This document shows positions 30,665 to 40,485 of a DNA stretch of 64,000 bases, in pieces. A model generated the notes under the pieces. It was not told the DNA's origin. It searched no databases and saw only the letters and a list, made by a program, of their open reading frames with translations. Position numbers and translations under genes: made by a program. Numbering within the stretch: the first letter of the stretch is position 1; every line of letters begins with the position of its first letter. This DNA is from Candidatus Bathyarchaeia archaeon. GTDB taxonomy: Archaea; Thermoproteota; Bathyarchaeia; Bathyarchaeales; Bathycorpusculaceae. Location of the stretch: the NCBI GenBank assembly GCA_049521795.1, contig JBEKOM010000003.1, forward strand, positions 128,001-192,000, in the 5' to 3' direction.

Positions 30665-32038
30665 GTGGTGCGGAGCGAAGGCCAGAAAGAGATACACTTG
30701 GCAAGCGAAGAAGAAAACAAGAGCGCAATCGAATGCCCGATGAGCTACACACTTCTCAATGAGAACGGTGAACAAACAGCCAGTGGCGACTGCAAAGGAA
30801 CGATAGACAAGGAGTATCTCACGTTATTCCCCAAATTCGGCGACATTCTGCCCGTCCATTTGAGAGACATAGACCAGGTTGAAACAGAAGACTATCGAAT
30901 CGTTCTCTCGCTCTCTTCAAAAGAAAAGCTCGCACTGTCAAGTCTAGGCTACTGTTTTGAAGATTTCCTCAGAGTCCTGACAGACCTTAGAAACGAAGTG
31001 ATAATCAAAGACCTGCTCATGAACGAACCTGTCCGAAAACCAGACGTCAACATGGAACTCACCTACCGCGACGACAGAGGAAATGAGAGACAAAACATCC
31101 CTGGAAAGGTTAGGCTGTACGAGACAGGCATGGTCATCATCCCGTACAAAGCCGAGATTCTGCGTGTGCCGTACAGCGACATCCTCAACGTTTCAGAGGA
31201 GAATCTAAGCGTCAAGGTCAGCACTGAACTCGGAGAACAATTCCTCTTTCAGAAGATGGGTTCAGAATTCGACCCATTCCTCAAAGAATTCTTAAGGGCC
31301 TACAATGAACTTCAATCCAAAGCGGTCAATTCACTCAAAACCCTCTTTCCAACCATAGATTCTCTGTCACTTAGAAAAATCGCCACGATCATGAAGGAAG
31401 GAAAAGCCGCCAAGAGGACTGACATAGAAGCTATCAATCCAAAACTGTGGCAGGAGCTGGAAAAGAGAATAGCCCTAGCGGGTTTGAATGAGTCCTACAC
31501 CTATCTGAAAGAATTGGCTCGACAACAGAAAATGGCCATAGGATTCAAACGCGGGCTGATGGGCGACCTGACCGGTGAGTACATCTGGTTCCTCGTGCCC
31601 ATTTACGATGCGGACGAAAAAGACTTTGGAAACGCGGTTGCAATGGAAGCAACAGAGCCAACTGGCGAAACGAGTTCTGGAAAAGCCACATACTTTTTCA
31701 GGATAATGAACAGGGAAGTCTATCCAAACTCAAGCCTCGAAGAGCGTGACAGGGAGACAGACAAACTCGTCAAAACGATAAACCGGTGCATGCTCGCGAT
31801 AAACTTTCGCAGAGAACCCATATACCTCGCAGACGAGAAGCTGGATGAAGCTGACTACTCCAAGTACAGAACAGCCGTGAAAAAAATCCCGCTGCTACAA
31901 GTGCTCAGAAGCCTGTACATCGGAAGAGTGATACACGCTTCGCCAGATCAGTGGAAAAGTGACGTGATAGACCTGCTCAGATTCAACTTGAAGACGCAGG
32001 ATGAACGAGCGAAATGGGAAAAGAAGGGAATCCGCTGA
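30665..32038 (+). CDS. Hypothetical protein with possible PH-like domains
   Basis: 457-aa ORF; two repeated beta-rich segments (VHLRDI..V and VPYSDI..V). Confidence 0.65.
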   Translation: MVRSEGQKEIHLASEEENKSAIECPMSYTLLNENGEQTASGDCKGTIDKEYLTLFPKFGDILPVHLRDIDQVETEDYRIVLSLSSKEKLALSSLGYCFEDFLRVLTDLRNEVIIKDLLMNEPVRKPDVNMELTYRDDRGNERQNIPGKVRLYETGMVIIPYKAEILRVPYSDILNVSEENLSVKVSTELGEQFLFQKMGSEFDPFLKEFLRAYNELQSKAVNSLKTLFPTIDSLSLRKIATIMKEGKAAKRTDIEAINPKLWQELEKRIALAGLNESYTYLKELARQQKMAIGFKRGLMGDLTGEYIWFLVPIYDADEKDFGNAVAMEATEPTGETSSGKATYFFRIMNREVYPNSSLEERDRETDKLVKTINRCMLAINFRREPIYLADEKLDEADYSKYRTAVKKIPLLQVLRSLYIGRVIHASPDQWKSDVIDLLRFNLKTQDERAKWEKKGIR

Positions 32039-32203
32039 GGACATGGGTTTCTAGAGGTCCGAGTCAAACGGTGTCCTGTTAAGGGTCAACACAATCTGTT
32101 GCGATGAATATTCACGGCTGCAAATGTTCTAGTTTACAATAAGCCTTTGGTCTTCGAGTATAGCGAGTTGTGTTGAGCAGAGGAAGGCGAGTTGACGTTT
32201 TCT

Positions 32204-32287
32204 TTACTTTCTTCTTACGTAACTCTTAACGTGTACTGTCTTGTGCTTATTTCCTGGTTTGGCTCTTTTGTAGGATTGTACTTTCAT
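32204..32287 (-). CDS. Putative 27-aa basic microprotein
   Basis: MKVQSYKRAKPGNKHKTVHVKSYVRRK; GTGAG upstream. Confidence 0.35.
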   Translation of the reverse strand: MKVQSYKRAKPGNKHKTVHVKSYVRRK

Positions 32288-32477
32288 TTTCTCACTTGTG
32301 CATAATCAGAACGCTTATGCTAGAAAAGAGTTATGAAGCGGCGATTCAGAGTTCAAATCTATGGTTTTGGCAACTACGATGGTTGTCGGGTACTGTTAAG
32401 TTAAGTTACCTACTTGTTTGCCCGTTTTTTGGTGGTTTTTGTTTCAAGATTTTGCGTGCGCGCTAAGCCTTGGTATG

Positions 32478-33266
32478 TTACCAATGTGACTTGATTCCTT
32501 TGCAAAAGATTGCCCCTGTGCCAAATCTCAAACCAACTGTTTTGATTTGTCTCACCATTTTGGCGTGAACAAGGCGAACTTCTTTTCTCTCTACCCCACC
32601 TTCTACAGCAAGCTCCCAGAGCGATTCTTTGCCATCGCCAAATAGGTTCTTCGTCGCCCATTCAAACGTCGGAACGTCAGTTACTACAGGCGGCTCCCTC
32701 ACCATGACCTCTACGTTTCCCAACCCAGCCTTGTGAAATAGAGCTCTTATGTTACGTTCGTTGAAAGGCACTCGACGTATAGTTGCATAAAAGGCCCTTT
32801 TGATTTGAATAGGAATGCCTAGAAGTCCTCCAGGCTCTGCGACCACGACCCTTCCACCGTGTTTTGCCACGCGCACCATTTCTCTCATCGCTTTTAATCT
32901 ATGATCTAGAGATGCAACCAAAGACTTACAGCATACGACATCGGCAAAATAATCTTTAACTGGAATACTGTAGACATCTCCAAATCTGGATTCAAGCGTT
33001 TGATACTGACTCTTTTTCGCAGCTCTCCGTCTTGCTTGCCGGATAGCAGACTTTGAAATATCTAGGCCTATGACTTTTCCACTTTCCCCAACTTTTTCTG
33101 CTAGTTTAAACCCGAGGAACCCTGCCCCTGTTCCAACATCAACTATCGTTTCCCCTGTCTTTGGTCCAATAAACTGCACTATACTATCAAGCAGTTGTTT
33201 GCTCTGTTCTGGGAACCTTCGGTACATTTTCTCAGGGATTTTGTATGCAGATTCGGTCGAAGACAT
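32478..33266 (-). CDS. Class I SAM-dependent methyltransferase
   Basis: VDVGTGAG, GLDIS, EMVRVAKHGG. Confidence 0.88.
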   Translation of the reverse strand: MSSTESAYKIPEKMYRRFPEQSKQLLDSIVQFIGPKTGETIVDVGTGAGFLGFKLAEKVGESGKVIGLDISKSAIRQARRRAAKKSQYQTLESRFGDVYSIPVKDYFADVVCCKSLVASLDHRLKAMREMVRVAKHGGRVVVAEPGGLLGIPIQIKRAFYATIRRVPFNERNIRALFHKAGLGNVEVMVREPPVVTDVPTFEWATKNLFGDGKESLWELAVEGGVERKEVRLVHAKMVRQIKTVGLRFGTGAIFCKGIKSHW

Positions 33267-33488
33267 TTAACTCCCTCTTCGAAAACCTATTGAGGGTTGG
33301 ATATTTAATTTTCACTCTTTCCATGATCCGCTTTCATATTCCGCTTGTGCCAAGATGTCTTTCTCCTCAAGTAACTCAACGGCTCGATAAGAAGAGATTT
33401 AAGAAGCATCTGGGCAAATCAGTGAAGCAGGTTGATTGTCCAGATCAATTGGCACTGATCCAGAGCTCCGATGAGGGATGGTGAAACA

Positions 33489-34274
33489 ATGTGTGGAATA
33501 TTCGGTTTTTCACTGAGAAAACCTGTGTCCATGAACAAAGTCTTCAAGGTTCTTCAAAAACTGGAGGTCAATCAGCTTCCGCAAGAGCCGCGGCCCGTCG
33601 GTGGTTATGGTGCTGGTGTTGCCGTGCTCTTGGAAGATGGCAACCTGCTAGTCGAGAAAGTTGGAAAGGTCGATGGGTCTCCTGCTTGTCACCTGCCTGA
33701 AATTGTCAAGGTCAAGGACGCCTCAGTCTTGCTTGGACATGTGAGGATGCCGAGTCCGGAGTTCATGAGCACGGCCAAGCTCAAGGAGACTGCGCAGCCC
33801 TACGTCGTTGAACGCGACCCAGGGTTAACCATAGCCTCGGTTCACAACGGGAAAATGGAGAATTATGAAGAGGTCAGAAAGAAGTTCGGGGCCGGACACG
33901 TTTTCGAGTCTGAGAAGGTTGAACTCATCGATTCAGAGGTCATTCCGCATTTTTTCGAAGAGATGCTCAGTGAAAAGGGAGACGTTACTGAAGCCTTGTA
34001 CGGGTTTTTCTGTGCTTTAGAGGGCTCAAACGCAGTGGCCATGCTGCAACTGGGAGAAGAGAACTCGTTCCTGCACCTTGTTCACAAAGGAAAATCAAGG
34101 GGACTAACGGTTTGGACCAGTGAAAAAGGCGAGGTGATCTTCTGCTCAAGGAAAACACCGTTAGTAGAGGAATTCGGGAAAACACTTGAAACAGGAAAGT
34201 TCAAAGAGACAATATCAATACCGTACCGCGAAAGCGCTGGCCTGATACTTTCTTACCCGTTGCCGGGAAGATAA
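33489..34274 (+). CDS. Stand-alone class II glutamine amidotransferase domain
   Basis: MCGIFG, GHVR, VHNG, DSE. Confidence 0.82.
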   Translation: MCGIFGFSLRKPVSMNKVFKVLQKLEVNQLPQEPRPVGGYGAGVAVLLEDGNLLVEKVGKVDGSPACHLPEIVKVKDASVLLGHVRMPSPEFMSTAKLKETAQPYVVERDPGLTIASVHNGKMENYEEVRKKFGAGHVFESEKVELIDSEVIPHFFEEMLSEKGDVTEALYGFFCALEGSNAVAMLQLGEENSFLHLVHKGKSRGLTVWTSEKGEVIFCSRKTPLVEEFGKTLETGKFKETISIPYRESAGLILSYPLPGR

Positions 34275-34309
34275 AGAATAAGACTTGCGATCACCCATCT
34301 TTTCGACTT

Positions 34310-37243
34310 GTGAGAATGCCTAAACCCAAGTTGAACCTAAAAGTCTTCAAACAGCTTGCGAAACCCATTCGTGACTCTTTGTCTGAACTGGGCTTCACTG
34401 AGCCCACTTTACCCCAGAAGATGGCCATTCCTCACGTAGCAAAGGGCGAAAACGTCCTCCTGATTGCTCCCACAGGAAGCGGCAAAACAGAGGCGGTTCT
34501 GCTCCCGATCTTCTCAGACTTGATTCAGCGGGAAAAAAGGAAGGGCATAACCCTGATCTACATCACACCTATGAGGGCCTTGAATCGTGACCTGCTGAAA
34601 CGACTGTCATTCTGGTCTTCAAGGTTGGGCCTTTCGATCGAGGTGAGACATGGAGACACCGAACAGAAGCTTCGGAGAAGGCAAGCCATTTTTCCGCCTG
34701 AAGTGCTTGTGACGACGCCTGAAACGCTTCAGGCCATTCTGCCAGGTTCGCGCATGAGACAGCACTTGGCCAATGTAAAGTATGTCATTGTTGACGAGGT
34801 GCACGAACTTGCGTCAAGCAAGCGTGGTGTTCAGCTTGCCGTAGCCTTAGAAAGGCTTCAGGAGATCGTTGGAAAAGAGTTTCAAAGGATAGGTTTGTCA
34901 GCCACTGTCGGCAACGCTGATGAGGTGGCCCAGTTCATCGCTGGCACAGGCAGAAGTGTCGAGGTGGTTGAAGCCTCATTCGTTAAGGGCTACAGATATC
35001 GTGTCGAAAACCCGAGTCCGATCGAGTCGGACTTCGACCTAGCTGCGAAGCTCAATACGGCGCCTGAAGCGGCTGCAAGAATAAGACGCATAACTGAGCT
35101 TGTTGACAGTCACAAGTCGACCTTGATTTTTGTGAACGCTCGAACGATTGCTGAGATGCTGGGCTACAGGTTTAATCAGCTCGGGCGCAGTGACGTTGCT
35201 GTTCATCACGGTTCCTTGTCCAAGGAGGAGCGAGCCCAGATTGAGGACGAGTTTAAAGCTGGTGTCTTGAAAGCGATTATCTGCACGAGCACGTTGGAGC
35301 TTGGCATAGACATTGGAAGCATTGACCTGGTTATTCAGTATCTTTCGCCCAGACAGGTCAGCAGCTTGATTCAGAGGGTTGGCCGAAGTGGCCACCGATT
35401 GGACATGCTTTCAGAAGGCGTCATCGTAACTGCCTTTCCGGATGACACTTTGGAGTCGATTGCAGCGGTTAGGAACGCTTGCAAGAACAAGCTTGAACCG
35501 GTCGTGATCCATGAATGTGCCTTGGATGTTTTGGCTCATCAAATCGTTGGAGCAGTGATGGATAAAGGCACGGTGGAGTCGAAGGAATTATTATCGATTT
35601 TGCGACGTGCTTATCCTTACAGGAAGATTTCAGAAGACACTTTTTATGAAGTGGTATACTTTTTAGAGCGTTTGGGAAACATAAGAATAGGAGAAGAAGG
35701 CACGGTTTTGAGAAAGGCTCGGAAGACTAGAAGCTACTATTATGAGAACCTATCTATGATTCCGGACGAGAGACGCTATCCGATCGTGAACGTGATTTCT
35801 GACAGAAAAATTGGAACCTTGGGCGACGAGTTCATGGCCTTGAAAGCCAGAGTAGGCTTGAACATCATCCTCAAGGGCAGAGTGTGGCGAATCGTCCAGA
35901 TCGAGCAGGAAACCGGCGTTGTCTACGTTGTTCCTTCAGAAGACCCTCTGGGCGCGATTCCAGGGTGGGACGGTGAGATGCTTCCCGTCCCTTTTGACCT
36001 CGCACAGGCAACGGGGACACTTCGAGAAGAAATTGCAGATCAGCTGAAGAAGACGAAAAACGCGGAAGCCGCATCGGAAACGCTTGCAAAAAGACTCTCA
36101 ACCGACAGATCCGCACTGCTTGCAACAGTCAAAGAGGTTGAAGAGCACGTGAAAACGGGCGCGCCGCTGCCCACGCACGATCACATCGTTGTCGAATCTT
36201 TCGACAAATACCTGATAATTCACGCATGCTTCGGTGAACTGGTGAATCGCACTTTAGGCTGCGTTTTTGACGCTGTGCTCTCTGACAGGGAAGTGATAGT
36301 CGGCTGGTGGAACGACGGTTACCGCATACTCATCGAGACGCCCAGAAAGCTGAATCCGAATGAGACTGAAAAACTGTCTAAAACGTTGTTTAGTTTGACA
36401 AGCAAAGAGGTTGACAAGGCTTTTGAGGATTATTTGGAAGCGAAGTTTCCCTTCGGTTACAAGATGAAGTTTGTTGCTGAAAGGTTCGGTGTTTTGCCAC
36501 GGGGAAAAACCATGAGTTACGAAAGGCAAAGCCAGCTTCCAAGCCGGTTCGGCAGAACCCCCATTTACGATGAAACACTGCGAGAGGCGATGATAGAGAA
36601 AGTCGATACGAAGAGAGCCAAGGAGATCATGCGGCGAGTTAAGAGCGGCATCATAAAGGTCAGCACTGTGTGCAGCTTGGAGAAACCAACACCGTTGGCT
36701 TATCACATCCTCGCGAAGTTTTCAGACATGTCAGAGCTGATGGCGCCCGAACAGGTCTTGCTGAACAACATAGACAGGATGAAAATGACGATAGAGGCTA
36801 GAACAGCAAGGATGCTCTGCATGTCCTGCGGCGAATTCGCAGGCGATCTGAAAATTAGAGAATTGCCTGAACAACCTTCATGCAGGAAATGCGGGTCGAA
36901 GCTTCTGACGGTTCTGTACAGAAGTCAAGACGCAAGCCATTTGGGCGAATTGCTTAAGAGAAGACGCGAAAGCAGCTCGCTTACGGAGGAAGAGCTGAAG
37001 GAGTTAACTCAGGCAAGACGAGCCGCGGACCTGGTGTTGAGCTACGGTAGAAAAGCGCTCATTGCCCTTGAAGTCAAAGGCGTAGGCCCTGAAACTGCAT
37101 CAAGAATTCTTGGGAAAATGCATCCGAAAGAAGCAGAGTTTTTCATGGACCTTCTGAAGGCGAAGATTCAGTACCTGCGAACCCGCGAATTCTGGGAAGA
37201 AAAAGAAAACCGCAAAGAATTCCGCAGTTTTGACAGCTCATAA
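34310..37243 (+). CDS. lhr: Lhr-like SF2 helicase with C-terminal Zn finger
   Basis: APTGSGKT, TTPE, DEVH, GLSAT, HHGSLS, QRVGRSGH. Confidence 0.92.
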   Translation: MRMPKPKLNLKVFKQLAKPIRDSLSELGFTEPTLPQKMAIPHVAKGENVLLIAPTGSGKTEAVLLPIFSDLIQREKRKGITLIYITPMRALNRDLLKRLSFWSSRLGLSIEVRHGDTEQKLRRRQAIFPPEVLVTTPETLQAILPGSRMRQHLANVKYVIVDEVHELASSKRGVQLAVALERLQEIVGKEFQRIGLSATVGNADEVAQFIAGTGRSVEVVEASFVKGYRYRVENPSPIESDFDLAAKLNTAPEAAARIRRITELVDSHKSTLIFVNARTIAEMLGYRFNQLGRSDVAVHHGSLSKEERAQIEDEFKAGVLKAIICTSTLELGIDIGSIDLVIQYLSPRQVSSLIQRVGRSGHRLDMLSEGVIVTAFPDDTLESIAAVRNACKNKLEPVVIHECALDVLAHQIVGAVMDKGTVESKELLSILRRAYPYRKISEDTFYEVVYFLERLGNIRIGEEGTVLRKARKTRSYYYENLSMIPDERRYPIVNVISDRKIGTLGDEFMALKARVGLNIILKGRVWRIVQIEQETGVVYVVPSEDPLGAIPGWDGEMLPVPFDLAQATGTLREEIADQLKKTKNAEAASETLAKRLSTDRSALLATVKEVEEHVKTGAPLPTHDHIVVESFDKYLIIHACFGELVNRTLGCVFDAVLSDREVIVGWWNDGYRILIETPRKLNPNETEKLSKTLFSLTSKEVDKAFEDYLEAKFPFGYKMKFVAERFGVLPRGKTMSYERQSQLPSRFGRTPIYDETLREAMIEKVDTKRAKEIMRRVKSGIIKVSTVCSLEKPTPLAYHILAKFSDMSELMAPEQVLLNNIDRMKMTIEARTARMLCMSCGEFAGDLKIRELPEQPSCRKCGSKLLTVLYRSQDASHLGELLKRRRESSSLTEEELKELTQARRAADLVLSYGRKALIALEVKGVGPETASRILGKMHPKEAEFFMDLLKAKIQYLRTREFWEEKENRKEFRSFDSS

Positions 37244-37982
37244 CAAGATGAACAGTTCCCAAGGTGAAAACTTGGCTGGTCTCACGGGGAAGCTCAAAGA
37301 TTTCGTCAAAAAGAAGGGAGCAACACTCGTGGGAGTAGCAACCACAAAAAGATTTTCAAGAGCGCCGAAAGGCCATCGTCCGAGAGACCTCTTGCCGAAC
37401 GCCAAAAGCGTCATCTCCATAGGACTACGCATAAACAAGTCTTCAATTCTTCAACTTCCAAAAACCATGAGAGAGTACAAGATAAACTATGACGTGGCAA
37501 ACCAGAAGCTTAACAGCCTAGCATGGGAGACAGCGCGATTTCTCGAAGACCTTGGATACGAAGCCTTAGCGATTCCAGCCAGCTCACCGTACGACAAAAA
37601 GAAGAATTTCGGGGATATGTCCCACAAGCACGCAGCCGTCGCAGCTGGCATGGGCAGGTTTGGAATGAACAATCTGGTCCTGACACCAGATTACGGGCCT
37701 TACGTACGTTTTGTCACAGTCATAACAAGCGCCGCGCTCAGACCTGATAGACCCTTGACCGAGGACATTTGCCTTCTGGAAAAGTGCCTAAAATGCGTCA
37801 AGGCTTGTCCTGCCGGAGCCTTGGAAAACCCAGTGTACGATGCTTCTGAAGGATGGCTGATAAACAAGGAGAAATGTCACGAATACATGCACATCGTCTC
37901 TGGCGGGACCGTATGCGGCCTGTGCATCAAAGCGTGCCCAATAACGAGACCACAAGACCCGCGATCAAAATCCAACGATTGA
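37230..37982 (+). CDS. QueG-like (epoxyqueuosine reductase family) Fe-S protein
   Basis: SHKHAAVAAGMG.FG.N.L, CLKCVKACP, CGLCIKACP. Confidence 0.82.
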   Translation: MTAHNKMNSSQGENLAGLTGKLKDFVKKKGATLVGVATTKRFSRAPKGHRPRDLLPNAKSVISIGLRINKSSILQLPKTMREYKINYDVANQKLNSLAWETARFLEDLGYEALAIPASSPYDKKKNFGDMSHKHAAVAAGMGRFGMNNLVLTPDYGPYVRFVTVITSAALRPDRPLTEDICLLEKCLKCVKACPAGALENPVYDASEGWLINKEKCHEYMHIVSGGTVCGLCIKACPITRPQDPRSKSND

Positions 37983-38122
37983 GGGCCATTAAGGATAGAG
38001 AACATGAGCAGAGATCCACGCTTAAGCCGACTTCTGGACTGCTCAGCGTCACGACCATAAGCATAGGCGCACGCGATGTAAGAACTGCCATTACATGCCG
38101 CAAGAGTTGATGTTTGGGTTTG

Positions 38123-38302
38123 AGGGTAAAGTTTTATCCAAACCAAACTGACGACGATGCTAGTGGTCTCAGAAGAGGCTAGTGAGACGGCAATATACAC
38201 GGTTCAGCACATAGCCTATGATCTCTGCAAAGGAGGGGATATAACGGAATTCAGGTCATAATGGGGTGCGTAAATAGGGGCTATCGGAATCGAGTATACG
38301 CC
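38123..38302 (+). repeat. Non-coding element: 17-bp motif, GTCATAAT box and TCGGAATCGAGTATACGCC; left edge of the island
   Basis: Same boxes in the same order at 56326-56516. Confidence 0.7.
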
Positions 38303-38409
38303 CTTTGCGTTTCCGAGCCAAAGGATTGCTTTCTTTCTTTGAAACCCATGCAGTTTGAATGCGAAGTTTTTTTATAGTGAAAATAAGAATTGCTCAAGAG
38401 ATGGTGTGA

Positions 38410-38850
38410 ATGAAGGAAGATCGTGTACGAGATTTTGTTGTAACTTGGCTCAGCAAAAATGACTATACCGATATAAAACTGACCGCCTCACGTGGCGCAC
38501 CTCGAAAACGCAGAGAAGGAAGGGGACGACCTCGATTGAATCCGACCGATCCTGATGTCAAAGCGAGAAAAGGATCGGCATATTACTTCATTGAAGTGAA
38601 GGGCGATCCACCATTGACTTGGAAAATCTACCAAGCTGTTGGGGAAATCTGCACTAAGCGAGCATCAACAACCCCAAAGATATGTGCCATTGCTTTTCCA
38701 AGGTCTTTTGCTAGAATTCTTTCAAAGACACTTCCCCTCAGAGCCTGGGAAAAGCTGAAGATAAGAATTCTCATAGTAGATAACTCGGGAAATGTGAGCG
38801 AGTTCCCACCGTCCAAAAGGAGTTTTGAAAAAATCCAAGGGCTATTGTGA
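38410..38850 (+). CDS. PD-(D/E)XK restriction-endonuclease-like protein
   Basis: DPDV...FIEVKG...QAVGEI. Confidence 0.65.
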   Translation: MKEDRVRDFVVTWLSKNDYTDIKLTASRGAPRKRREGRGRPRLNPTDPDVKARKGSAYYFIEVKGDPPLTWKIYQAVGEICTKRASTTPKICAIAFPRSFARILSKTLPLRAWEKLKIRILIVDNSGNVSEFPPSKRSFEKIQGLL

Positions 38851-38980
38851 AAAACATATCTACTTACTTGTCAAGAACTCCTATGGGTGAGTTCGCTTTA
38901 AGAACTGATTTGGCACATTGGCTCACCCAACGAATTCTCACAATGAAAAGACTGATTAGACATCAAATACGACAGATAGA

Positions 38981-40189
38981 ATGGGTATAAGAATGACAGA
39001 GAAAGCTTTGTACTATCCTGGGTCGAATGGCGAAGGGTCAATTAATGTCCCAAACCTTCATTTTCTTCCCTCTAGGACCATGGAGGGCTTTGATGGGTTC
39101 AGCCCGATAGTTATTCTTGGTGGAACAGTCGATTTTGTCCCGTTTCAGGAAAAAGAATACGAATGCGCCAGAATTGAAAGAGAGGCATTTAATTCTCTTC
39201 AGAAAGGGAATGTTGTTTGTCTGACTGCAAATGTGGACGGCCTGATGGGAAGCATTCTTGGAAGGATAGGTGCAGGATTTCTTTCTTCTTCTTCTTCACA
39301 GTTACGGGTTGACCATGTAGTGAAAAGATCAGAGTTCCTCCCGTTCTACCAAGGATTTGTCTCATTGCATGGTCACATTGTTGGCGGGCCTTTTGACGAC
39401 GTAATCTGCGAAGATGCAGACAAAGAGGTGATCGGTTTTGCCAAGAAAGTGGACAAGGGTGTTCTGATTGCTTTACCCTGCCTTATGCCTATCGACAAAT
39501 TCTCTGACTATTTCTACTTAGATAGATTTCTGAACTCACTGTTTGACGCTCTGGATAAATATGGCCCTAAAATCCAGTACAAACCACCGCTCTGGATTGA
39601 CTCATTTACGTTTCCTAAAGAAATCCCTGTATTGTCCACGGTTCAGAGGCTTCAGAACGAACTCGAATTGCAGAAAAAAGTGTTGGAAGGGTATCTGAGG
39701 CTTAAAGAAATCTTGTGGTTTAGAAATAACGAGTTGGTCGTTTCAGTTATCAAGTTCTTCGAGAGCATGGGATTGAGGACAAAGAGGGAAGAGAAATACG
39801 AGGAAGATTTTTGGATTTTGGATGGAAAAGATGAGGACATTATTGTGGAGGTAAAAGGGCTAGATAAAAACCTGACAAGGCAACACATAAGTCAGTTAGA
39901 CGAGCACAGAGCGGCAAGGGAAAAACCTGATGACTTCCCCGCATTACTAGTCGTCAACAGTTTTAACAGAGCTGTTTCCTTAAAGGAAAAGAACGAGGCT
40001 TTTGCTCCAAATGAAATAAAGAAGGCCGTTCAAACAAATGTTCTCTTGATGAGAACGTTTGATCTGTGTCAGGTGTTTTCCATGATCGAAGAAAGAAAAT
40101 TGAATGCTTCGAAACTGATTAGAATAATCAAGACTGAAAAAGGTTGGTTGAAAGCAATAGGTTCCGCCTTGGAAATCAAACATGAATGA
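38981..40189 (+). CDS. Hypothetical protein with C-terminal PD-(D/E)XK nuclease-like domain
   Basis: Coiled coil followed by EEDFWI...IIVEVKG...HISQL. Confidence 0.65.
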   Translation: MGIRMTEKALYYPGSNGEGSINVPNLHFLPSRTMEGFDGFSPIVILGGTVDFVPFQEKEYECARIEREAFNSLQKGNVVCLTANVDGLMGSILGRIGAGFLSSSSSQLRVDHVVKRSEFLPFYQGFVSLHGHIVGGPFDDVICEDADKEVIGFAKKVDKGVLIALPCLMPIDKFSDYFYLDRFLNSLFDALDKYGPKIQYKPPLWIDSFTFPKEIPVLSTVQRLQNELELQKKVLEGYLRLKEILWFRNNELVVSVIKFFESMGLRTKREEKYEEDFWILDGKDEDIIVEVKGLDKNLTRQHISQLDEHRAAREKPDDFPALLVVNSFNRAVSLKEKNEAFAPNEIKKAVQTNVLLMRTFDLCQVFSMIEERKLNASKLIRIIKTEKGWLKAIGSALEIKHE

Positions 40190-40410
40190 GAATAATACTC
40201 GAAGGCAGAAAGGTGGGCAACGGAGACGTCGCTGTCTACTTCCAAAATAGGGCTTGGTTCACGAAAAGAGGACTGAACAGACGCATAGTGCTGCATGAAT
40301 TGTATCATCACTTGATTTACGTAAATGGGACGGACATGCCTCAGAGAATGGAGGAAAAAAGTGCTGATGGTTATGCTAGAGATTTTCTAAACCAATGTTT
40401 TGCCTTTTGA
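40186..40410 (+). CDS. Small HEXXH zincin-like protein (possibly a fragment)
   Basis: VLHELYHH...EEKSADGYA. Confidence 0.55.
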   Translation: MRIILEGRKVGNGDVAVYFQNRAWFTKRGLNRRIVLHELYHHLIYVNGTDMPQRMEEKSADGYARDFLNQCFAF

Positions 40411-40485
40411 CATCCAAAAAGTGATGGAGGAGCTGATCGGATCGACCGCAAGTATTGACCTAGTGCATTCAACCCTGCGGAGAAA

